Of a DNA stretch of 64,000 nucleotides, positions 53,338-64,000 are shown one piece after another; the first letter of the stretch is position 1; every line of letters begins with the position of its first letter. The notes beneath the pieces are model-generated. The model searched no databases and was not told the origin of the DNA. It saw nothing but the letters and a program-made list of their open reading frames with translations. Position numbers and translations under genes: made by a program. This DNA comes from Eledone cirrhosa (taxonomy: Eukaryota), in contig OZ024741.1 in the NCBI GenBank assembly GCA_964016885.1, positions 43,958,001-44,022,000 on the forward strand, in the 5' to 3' direction.

Positions 53338-53827
53338 ATACCTTTCTGTCACACATGTATATATATATGTGTGTGTGTACATGTGCATACATACATTTAT
53401 ATATATTTGTGTATAAAGAGCAGGGACCCGACGGCTGAGCTCAGCCGAGGGTACGATTCTTTATAATATAGCCATACTCTACTACCACAAGTATCGCGCG
53501 CGTGTGTGTGGGGGGGAGGGCTTCGTGTGTGCGTGTATGTGTGCTTTTGTCCGTGATAAAATTGATAATAGAATGTTGTTTTGGTGCACATTTCCTATTA
53601 ACTGAATGTATCATACTATTAGTTACATAAATGTATCATCATTTTCCTCTTTATATCTGAAACACGGTACATCTAACTAATTGTCTAATGTTTATTAAAA
53701 ATATGCCAATATGTTTACATGGCGACAGACTGTTGTGTGGATGAATAATTTTATTAAACTAATTGTGAAAAATTGCACCGAATCGAATTTCTACTATCAC
53801 TTTCTATTATCACTTCATATATATGAG

Positions 53828-54338
53828 AGTGGGGGATTATCAATATCGGTAGAGTGTCGGACAACGTCCTTTGCAGCATACACTTACTGCCCTTTAGGTT
53901 CTGCGTTCACTTCCCGTCAAGGTTAGTTAACGAACCAGTAACGCACCCTGGTTGATGTAATCGACTTGCGCTTCCTCCCAAATTGTTAGCCTTGTGTCCA
54001 AATCAGAAATGACCGCCGAGGTTGACTTTGCCTTTCATCCTTACAGGGTCGATAAAATAAAGTACCAGTAATGCACTGGTTAAGTGCTGGCCTTGTGCCA
54101 AAAGTAGAAACAATTATATATATATGAGGATGCTGTATTAACAGTATCGTTAGGGTGTAGCAAATATGCTTTGCAACATACGGTTATGGTCCTTTAGGTT
54201 CTGTTTTCAAGCCCCACCGAGGTTTGGTTTGCCATTCATTCTTATGGGGTCGATAACATAATGCACCAGCTAAGTTCTGGTGTCGATATAATCGAGGTTT
54301 CCCTTTCCCACAAACAGCTGGCACTGTATCAGTGTTAG

Positions 54339-54340
<2 letters not shown>
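53828..54340 (+). mobile_element. Three tandem or nested Nin-domain SINE copies
   Basis: 53828-54010 diverged, 54013-54115 young 3' half, 54125-54340 diverged. Confidence 0.75.
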
Positions 54341-54385
<45 letters not shown>

Positions 54386-55051
54386 AGTTTGATAGCTTTT
54401 TGACGTGCGGCAGCCTTAGATAGCATATACTACCTCGAAGGTAATCAAAATAATCAAGAGAAATGCTCATAAATGGAGCCATTCAACTAGAAGTATATGT
54501 TGCACATGATGGCAAAAGCAAATCATGTGTGTCAGCGGCATCATGGCAGAAATAATTGATGTTGTTAGAAGTGACAATACGGTCAGTTATCAAATGGATG
54601 GCTTTGGGTGGGGGTCTGAGCTGTAGTTAGAATCTACATCAAGCCTAAAGAGTTATTTATTTTGGGGTTTATGAGGATTATGCAGCCTGTTGATTACCAT
54701 TTCGACGCTGTCTACTTGTCTGAGATAGGTAGGGGTGAAAGATTTTGATAAATGTAGACAGAAGCTAGAAGGTTATATAGAAAGGACATTCTCTACCGGA
54801 AACATTTAGTCTATTTTTGGTGTTTTTTTTGCCTCAGCTTTATACGGGTATTTGTTAATATTGTTAAAAAGTAGCGGTACCCATGACTACGCAAGCTCAT
54901 CTAGATTCGTTTTGCTGTAGATCTGGTAGTTTCATAATTATTTCAGCCAGCTATAATTAGGTATTCCGTTATTCTACATGGTCGCAGGAGTTTAAGCATT
55001 TTGCTTATATATATATATATATAATGTTTAAGCAAAGAACTTTATTATTAT

Positions 55052-55149
<98 letters not shown>

Positions 55150-55222
55150 ACAAAATGAAACGAAATTTCATTTCTCACTCTTAGTACGGCTGTTACTTAA
55201 ATATAAGTAACAGTAATACATA

Positions 55223-55277
<55 letters not shown>

Positions 55278-55458
55278 TAGGGTATATAACATTAAATATA
55301 TATATATATATAACTTTAGGTTGGTTGATCCACCACTGGATAGAGTTGTTCATTCCGTATGGTCAATCTTGATGTAATATTGTGGAGAGTACTCAACGTA
55401 GTGCAGTTCACACGTCTTCGTTTGTGTAGTCGGTGTTGCGAATACGGAGTTAATTATA

Positions 55459-55754
55459 TATAAAATAACAGGAGGCTGGACTGGTGTAAATCCTTGAAAC
55501 TTTCAATGACCGGGTTCCATATGAATCCGGTGATATCATCAGGTATTGGAATATAACAGAGAATATATAAAAAACCCTGGGTCCGAAAAAATTTGTCTGT
55601 GTCTCTGATTTTTCGGTCCCAGGGTTTTTTACATATTCCTTTGTTATATTCCAATACCTGATGATATCACAGGATTCATATGGATCCCGGTCACTGAAAT
55701 GATCATAGTATAATAAACCTTTCAAGGATTTACACCAGTCCAGCCTCCTGTTAT

Positions 55755-55801
<47 letters not shown>

Positions 55802-56009
55802 AGGGCGACCGGCTAAAGTGGAAGATGGTAGATGGTCGGTCGTCCTCGGGTCTATGATTTTCAGCCCCATGGATTTTATCTTCTACATTCATTTATTATA
55901 TTTCGAATACCTGATGATATCGCCGGATTCATACGGAACCCGCTCATTGAAACGATCATAGTATAATAAACCTTTCAAGGATTTACACAAGTCCAGCCTC
56001 CTGTTATTT

Positions 56010-56015
<6 letters not shown>
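55459..56015. repeat. Inverted repeat 55459-55760 plus a direct third copy 55895-56015, HHR-bearing
   Basis: Arms are reverse complements around a 17 nt spacer near 55591-55607. Confidence 0.9.
55654..55711 (+). ncRNA. Type I hammerhead (second copy 55907-55964)
   Basis: atac-CTGATGA-..ggattc-atat-ggatcc..-GAAA-TGATCA-TA-gtat. Confidence 0.78.
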
Positions 56016-56061
<46 letters not shown>

Positions 56062-56459
56062 TTATTTATTTAGGTTTGTTGGTTTACCACTGGATAGAAC
56101 TGGTCATTCCGTATGCTAAACCTCGATGCAATATATATATATATAGGGCTGACAGAATACGCACGTGTTTTACCCCGATTTATTCTCCCTTTATTTCCCG
56201 TTCTTTACTATTATCACTCTTCATGTTTCTATTTTATCTTTTATTTCTAATTCTATCTTCGTGTGAAGGATTAGTGTTCGAAACGTTTAAATCTCTTCCT
56301 ACTATTTCAAGCGTTAAACTAAGGCATTTCTTCAATGTACTATGTCGTTTGCTTTGATATATCTGTAAACTTTCACACACACACACACGCACACACACAC
56401 GCACATACGCACATACACACATGCGTGTGCGCACTTATACTTACGCACACAAATACATA

Positions 56460-57120
56460 CATATATACTTACGGTAAACATTGATGCAATTCATTCAAGG
56501 ACTCAACGTTGTGTTTCCACATAGGAATGACGGAGTATATTTAGAATAAGGAAATGTGAAATAGTTTCAGATGTTATAGCCCCTTATTAATATGACTGTG
56601 ATACATATTTCAATGACGACAGTGGCCACGCGATTCCACCTAACCAGTGTCATGATCTCATCAGACTGCTTCTTACATAATAAGATTACGTTTTCTAGGC
56701 AATCCAAATTAAAACTAGCCATGTCTAGTTTCGTTGTGTTTTGGGTAGTAGTTAGATAGTCAATTTCGTTCACATTTGTGCCTGCGCATAGCTGTGGAGT
56801 AGAATTAGGTTTCCCAAGGGAACGGGTGAACGCTTAATGTATATCATCTTTGTTCGTTCCCTTGTCGTTTTAATTTGGATTGCCTCGAGAAAAGTAAACG
56901 TTATTATGTAAGAAGCTGTCTGATGAGATCATGACACTGGTTAGGGGAATCGCATGGCCACTGTGACCATTGAAATATATATAACAGCCTTATAAATAAA
57001 TGGTTTTAACATCTGAAACTACTTCGCATATTCTTATTCTAAATATACTTCGTCATTCCTATGTGGAAAAAGCACATTGAGTGCTTGAATGTGTGCATCA
57101 ATGCTTACCGTAGGTATATA
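56460..57120. repeat. Older inverted repeat (56460-56715 / 56868-57120), one HHR per arm
   Basis: Arms are diverged reverse complements. Confidence 0.88.
56915..56988 (+). ncRNA. Type I hammerhead (mirror 56594-56669 minus)
   Basis: gctgt-CTGATGA-...-GAAA-TATATA-TA-acagc. Confidence 0.75.
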
Positions 57121-57300
57121 TATATATATAGTCGTTTTGGAAGCCTCAACAGTGCAGATCGGTAAATCTCAGGGTGACAGAATCAGGTGGTAACGAGGGA
57201 GAGATGTAAGAGGAAGCGTAGAATCATTACGGAATCGCGTGGCCACTGTATCAGAGCCTTATTAATAACATCGGAAACTATTTCGCATTTTCTTGTTGTA

Positions 57301-60300
57301 TCTATATATATAAAAGCGAGGATGTGTGTGTGTCTGTGTACAAATTTGGATACCTAACGCTTTTACAATTCCCAACCGAATTTGACCAAATTTTCTGTGC
57401 ACGTTGCACCTGTGGCTAAGAGGTTCACATCACAAACATTTTTCAAATCGACCCACCTTGAGCAATAAAAAATCGATGGCAAAATTATTTTTTCTATAGT
57501 GCATGATGTAAGGGATATAACAAACTTTATTGACAATCCTTATAAAGAGAGTGAGAGAAGGGAGATATGGAGACCTTCGTTTTCACTTTCAAAACAACAA
57601 TCATAGTCGGACGAAATTTCAGAAATATAAACATCAGATTCATTTGTAGATAAATCCCTAATATTATCGTTTGTTTCTTGTTTATTCTGAATGTCGTCGT
57701 GTGTAAAACCTCGAAAGTCGGTATCGCTACTTTCATAAGCCATGTTGATACAAAAAAACATTTGTTGCACTTTCAAAGTTAAAAAAAAAACACTTGTTGT
57801 TTTAATTTATTTCACTTTATTAAGTGTTAATTTTCGCGGTAAGGGCCTAATCTCGCAGCAGTCTCGAATTGACGAGATTTTTAGAACAATCCTTATGGAA
57901 CTTTCCATTCAAACCATTGGGACCTACAACCCTTACGTTTTTAAAATAATTTCTTCCACATTTGAGGCAGGCATTATCTATGCTTCCAGCTGTATTCGTA
58001 CATATCAAACTTTATTGACAACGAAGGAACATACTGAACAGGATGTAGTTATTCAAAGGATTTTTTAAGTTTTGCCAGTATATTTTTAATTTTTCTGTAA
58101 CGCTTCAATTCATACATTTTGACTTTACAATGTTTCACCAAATATGCCCCGTAAAAGAAAGTATGCACATATTGGCTCTCGGACTTTGACCTCTCGCTCG
58201 AAGAAAACAATGCGTGTAAATGAGGCTCCACCGAGAACGGAAATTAGACAATAAAAAAATGCGGTGAGTACAGTTATTGCAACATCTTTGTCCGCCGCTG
58301 AGCGTCGGTTAGTGCGGCGAACCAATAATGCTAAAGCAACTGCTGAAGCACGAGCTACAGAGACAGTACAGATATATGAAACATGCCGTGCGCGTAATGC
58401 TTCAGCTAATGCTGCAGCAAGAGCAATTGAAACTGAGAAAGAACGTCAAAGTCGCCAATTGAGAAATGCTTCAGCTACTGCTACGGCACGAGCTGTAGAG
58501 ACTGTAACAAGTCGAGCTATTCGGCAGGAGGGAACGCTTAACGTAGAGCTTTATCGCGGCGTATTTCAAAGGCATCACGCTCACGATGGTACCTTAAGTA
58601 CCATCGTGAGTGTGACCCTAATGTAAACTATCAAATCCATCCTGGTATTCAAATATATGCCATGTCAAATACTTGCCAACATCGTAAAGCTAAAAAGTGG
58701 GCGGGAGAATCGGCTGGAATGTGCTGCTCTAATGGTAAGGTTAATTTGCCCACCCTTAGGGAACCACCGCAACCTCTTCAGATGCTTCTAACAGGTAATC
58801 ATTCACAATCACCTGATTTTCTTAAGCATATCCGACAGTACACCATTGCGTTTCAAATGACCTCTTTTGGTGCAAAACGTCTTAAGGAAGATGGATATAT
58901 CCCGACTTTCAAAGTACAGGGCCAGGTGTATCATCTCATTGGATCTCTGCAACCGCTGCCTACTGAAGAGCCACAATGTTTACAAGTTTACTTTATCGTT
59001 AACTGTCATCAGCAAACAGATAGACGGCAATCGTACACTTCAGACACTAAACTGGAACTCTTGATTGACCTCCAAGACATGCTTCACTCTAACAATAGCT
59101 ACATTCAAAGCATCAAGTATGCTACGCCAAATTACGATATCGTCATTTACGCTGATGAGAGACCATCTGCCGAGCATGCGGGCTGGTATAATGCACCTAC
59201 TTGTAATGAGGTAGCCATCGTTATTAGTGGAGAGAAGCACAAGAGAGACATTATTATCAAGCGACCAGACAATAGCCTTAACAGAATAAGTGAAACCCAT
59301 CGATCTTACGACGCACTCCAGTATCCGCTATTATTTGTTTATGGTGAGGATGGATACCATTTCGGAATTCATCAAATTAATTACACCAACCAAGATGAGC
59401 ATACTACGAACATTGTCACGGGCTTGGATTTTTATGCTTTCCAATTCATGATCCGCGACAGCTGCTTCAACCAGCTGCACCGATCACAAGACCTCTTCAA
59501 TCAATTTTGAAGTTGACATGTTCGCGAAAATGGAGTCCGAGAGATTATGCTTCATTCGACTTAATCAGAAACAACTTTGCTGTGACAGTTACATTCAGCT
59601 TCGTGATAGTATTGGACTGTTGTGTATCCTGCCTTCATCTTTCACAGGATGTCCTCGGTTCTTTTTCGAAAAAATTCATGATGCTTTAATTATTGTGCGC
59701 CTTTTCGGTAAACCAGATTTCACTTCAAACCCAAAATGGGAAGAGATTCAGAAAGAACTCTTTCCAGGTTAAAAAGCCACAGCCAGGCATGATCTTATTG
59801 CCAGAGTTTTCCATCTTAAGTTAATTAAGCTCATGGAAATTATCAAAACAGTTTTCTTTAAACTATGTCAAGAAGATCCATTTGCTAAAACCTTGCTATA
59901 TCCACAAGTCCCATCTTACTATACCTGGGACAAAAATACATGGAAGCGAAGAATAACGACAGTGCGTCGAAGGTTATCCGAGCATCAAGTTCAACGAGTG
60001 CTTGGGCAGAGTTTATACTGTGCCCCCAAACCAACACGATTGTTTCCATCTTCGCATGCCACTACATGAGGTCAGAGGACCTACCTACTTTGATGATCGC
60101 CGAACGTTAGACGGACAAGTTCTTCCAACATACACAAAGCATGTTTGAGGCGTGGATAGCTGGAAGATGGTTCGCAGTGGGATGTAACGATGGCGGAAGT
60201 TGCTCTTTCACATTCACCTGCCAGCCTAAAAAAATTATTTGGGGTACTTTTGCACTCGTGCAACTTATCTGATCCTCTGTCCTTGTGGATGAAATATAGG

Positions 60301-62387
60301 AATGAACTAACAGACGACTACAGACACCAAGCACAATTGCTGCTTCCTGAAATAGACGTCGGCTTTAGTAATGAATTATACAACAGAGCTCTCATTGATA
60401 TTGAGGACAAGTTAGCTCTGATTGCAGGAAAGGTTTTACGTGACTACGATTTACCAGAAACTCATCGCACGGACTCAAACAAACTTCCCACAGATATCAT
60501 ACAGGAGACTTCTTATGACATCCATGATCTCGGCCTCTACGTCACAGATAATGAGCCAAAGCTTCTAGCTGATCAGCGACTGGCTTATACCCCCATTACT
60601 GAATAAGTATTTCAAAGAAGAAGTGGCATATTTTCCTCGATGCTCCAGGTGGGACAGGAAAAACTTCCGTTACTAAACTTCTTCTTCCAAAGGTTAGGCA
60701 GAATAAGGACATAGCAATAGCAGTTGCGTCCTCTGGAATCGCAGCAACTTTGCTCCCTGGTGGAAGGACGGCACATTCAGTTTTTAAGTTGCCCCTTGAT
60801 ATGGCAAAATTGGAAACTACTACTTGTCATATCACCAAAGACTCCGAAAGGGCTCTTCTGCTGCGAAAGTGTCACCTTATTGTTTGGGATGAGTGCACAA
60901 TGGCGCACAAAGGTATTCTTGAGGCACTAGACAGGTCTTTGCAAGATATACGGGATTGCAGTGATGTTATGGGGGGTGTCACCCTTCTGCTATCAGGAGA
61001 CTTCAGACAGACTCTTCCTATAATACCGAAAGGAACAAGAGCAGATGAGGTAAATGAATGTCTTAGGTCTTCACCATTGTGGCGACAAGTGACATCATTA
61101 AGAATAACTACCAACATGCGTGCAAGGTTACATGGGGACCCTCTGTCATCAACATTTTCTGGAGACATTCTGAAATAGGGGATGGTAACCTATCTCCGGA
61201 TACAGATGGACACAGCAATTGATCACATCTGCAATGTAGTTGAAACTGTCAATGATCTCAATGCGAGTGTATTCCCGAACTTACGTGATAACTATATGAC
61301 TCTTGAATTGCTATGAGAAACAGCCATTCTTGCACCCAGACATATCACGGTTAGCTGTATTAACGATCAGCTTCTTCAGCTTCTTCCTGGATGTCCACGG
61401 ATATATAAATCTATTGATACTGTGTGATCCACAGGATGCTGTCAATTATCCAGTTGAATTTCTAAATTCTTTAAATCCTCCCGGTTTACCTCCTAATACA
61501 TTGGTTCTGAAACGCCAGTTATTTTGCTGAGAAATATCACTCCTACAAAACTATGCAATGGTACATGCCTTGTGGTTAAAAAACTGTCTCGAGTTAGTAT
61601 TGACGCTACCATTCTATCCGGATGTGGAAAAGGCGAGGATGTGATAATAACAAAAATTAGCCTAACTACATCAGGCGTGGATACTCCTTTCTCCTTTCGC
61701 CGAACCCAATTTCCCCTTCGTGTTGCCGTTGTGATGTCCATAAACAAGTCACAAGGTCAAACTCTGTCTGTCGCTGGAATTCACTTGGATGAACCTTACT
61801 TTTTCGCACGGAAAATTCTACGTTGCCTGATCACGAGTAGAGATAATCTCTTTGCGATTGTTCCGAAAACAAAACCAAAGAATATCGTCTATCCTGAAGT
61901 GCTTTAGTGTTAACAAAAACACTTATTACAGCTCTGCCTTGACTTCACCTTACTCATTACAAAACATACAATGAATATGTCATGCAGGATATTTTGGATT
62001 ATAAGTTCAAAATTTAACCATACACAGCAAAGGATGCTCTAAAAGAATAGATTTTCTCTTATTCTACTCTCATTGTTTTTTTGTTTGTATACAACTCTGT
62101 TTTCATTACAACTTTTTGTACTTTAGCAAAACTGCCTGTTTTTTTACAGATTTGCAACATGTACTGTCTTTAATCATTTGTATAACTACATCCTGTTCAG
62201 TGTTTTCCTTCATTATCAGCATAGTTTTATGTGTACAAAGATTGCACTAAATATTCGTTTGCATTAGTTATTGAAGACTTCTGCTTATTTTGACAGGTTG
62301 GGGACAAATCATTTTCTTCTTTTACTTCCTAGCTGTTTATTCTTAGCATAATTTCAAACCCCGGGCAACGCCGGGTAAATCTACTAG
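57301..62387 (+). mobile_element. Helitron, decayed autonomous copy
   Basis: 5' A|TCtatatatataaaagc; 3' hairpin cccgg-gcaacg-ccggg then CTAG|T; encloses RepHel remnants. Confidence 0.92.
58143..61907 (+). pseudogene. Helitron Rep/PIF1-like helicase, fragmented and internally deleted
   Basis: CCSNGKV, FQMTSFG, FKVQGQVYH, SYDALQYPL, LPSSFTG, FGKPD; helicase DAPGGTGKT, LLPGGRTAHS, IVWDECTM, GDFRQTLP, QFPLRVA..SINKSQGQT. Confidence 0.92.
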
Positions 62388-63564
62388 TATATATATATGT
62401 CATTAAGAATTCTGGGTCATGAATTTCAGCTGCATGTTAATGATGCTCCTTGTACATATTTTTTTCTACAAAGACGTCGTCTAATGATTTTGTTTCTCAA
62501 ATCCAAATATAATTTCTCAACCGCAATCGTATAATATAATTACAGTGATAATCGATGCTTCAGAAGATAAAATGATATAAACCAAAAGCATGATATAATG
62601 TATATTTATTATTTTCTTCAGTAGTATATAATATAGAGATATTATTTCAAGATTAATAAATCCGCAATTTATGTTGCCGTTTTGACTCGTATATTGTGCT
62701 TTTCTACGAGCATGCTTATGTAATAAATCCTTCATTGAAAGGAGTGGCGATATATTAAGGCAAGTATAAACATGTCTCTTGATTTACATACACATATTTA
62801 AATACAAATTGTTGCGTGGGAACAGTATAACTTTAGCAACTGCTTTTACAACTACAAGATATGCTTTATGTTATCTCAATTTATTTGCGATATTTTTAAC
62901 AACACTGTTTCTCATAAAAATATATCTGCACCAATTATTTTTACAAATATTATCCGTTGAACAGCCAAGCTTATTATTAAAACTATAAATTGATGAGAAG
63001 ACATAAAATACATCATTATTATATTTTTTAAACCGTCCATCCTAGTGATGTTGTAAATCCAAATGGGACTGAGAGTGGAATCTTACGAAATAGTATAAAT
63101 AAGAATGACAACTGTCAGAAAAGAATGGAAGGGATTTGAAAAGCGCTAAAATCAGCAGTAATCCGCACTATCGGAAGCAATATTATAAAATTCTTATTAT
63201 ATATTTCTTATTTTTCCCAAAGACGAAATATATTAAGACGAATATTGGTGAGGATCGGTTATTAATATTATATTTGCTAGAGCCATCAGAGCGTTGCTGA
63301 CTTGTTCTAGCACTCAACAATCTGGCATCAAATTCTGACAATGTCCGTTTGCCTTTCAAACTTTCGGTATTGATAAATAGGAAAATCCCTTACGTTTAGT
63401 AGGTATCACATATTATCTGTTACACTGTATGAAGGGAGGTCACGACAAAATCTGTATTTGCAATCGATATAAGATGAACTTAAAACCATTATCGAAATCA
63501 TGGTATATACTACCAAATAATAATTGTGAGAAGATCATGTAAACGTCTCTTGAGTAACCTTTAA

Positions 63565-63880
63565 TCTATATATATAAAAGCAAGTTGGTCTGTGGGTGTG
63601 TGTGTGTCTGTCTGTGTACAAATACTAGGCTCCTTTTAACTTTTGAAGTACTAAGCCGATTTCAACCAAATTCGGCACACATGTTGCTTATATACCACAG
63701 CAGGTTTTGGACGAAAACAAATTTGAAAAAGATCGATATTGGGGCCGAAAAATCGATTTAAAAAAAAAATTATCTGTCTGTGTACAAATACTAGGCTCCT
63801 TTTAACTTTTGAAGGACTAGGCCATTACGGACAAACAGGCTGTCGTTCATTTCCCGAGCAACGCCGGGTACATCTGCTAG
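63565..63880 (+). mobile_element. Non-autonomous mini-Helitron, 316 bp
   Basis: A|TCtatatatataaaagc ... cccgagcaacgccgggta catctg CTAG|T; termini resemble 57301-62387. Confidence 0.9.
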
Positions 63881-64000
63881 TGAGTATATATAATTTCATA
63901 GTTAGTGTATTTAGAATAGAATGTCAATTAATAAAATGACCGTTTTCTTTTTCAACATTGGCTAATAGAGAACACATCCAGCCAACATATATTTACTCCT

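Noticed and set aside
13273-57120. Idea that all palindromes are fold-back sequencing artefacts
   Set aside because: Most arms differ by substitutions and indels, and one arm carries a private SINE; only the near-perfect 29272-29648 case remains open.
57540-57776. Acidic minus-strand ORF (SSDTDFRGF) reminiscent of a piggyBac N-terminus inside the Helitron
   Set aside because: Too short, with no catalytic residues or TTAA-flanked TIRs seen.

Overview
AT-rich, microsatellite-dense eukaryotic intergenic or intronic DNA, most likely a cephalopod such as Octopus (inferred from repeat content, not shown directly). No host protein-coding gene can be supported. The window is a nested mobile-element landscape. 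It holds a 5'-truncated APE-RT LINE (2718-5905), a Neptune-type Penelope-like element (PLE) with a 1.3 kb inverted terminal duplication (18793-23370), an apparently intact Tx1/L1-clade LINE (about 23431-29157), GIY-YIG remnants of other PLEs, an RLE-type non-LTR fragment, a decayed Tc1/mariner, a decayed RepHel Helitron plus a mini-Helitron, and about 15 copies of a tRNA-derived Nin-domain SINE. The most striking signal is more than 25 minimal type-I hammerhead ribozyme (HHR) motifs from at least 10 unrelated sequence families. Most sit in small non-coding cassettes anchored in (TA)n tracts and arranged as near-perfect fold-back palindromes or about 400 bp tandem units. One family has a conserved non-canonical core (CAGAAGA). 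All structures were read by eye, and coordinates may be off by a few bases.
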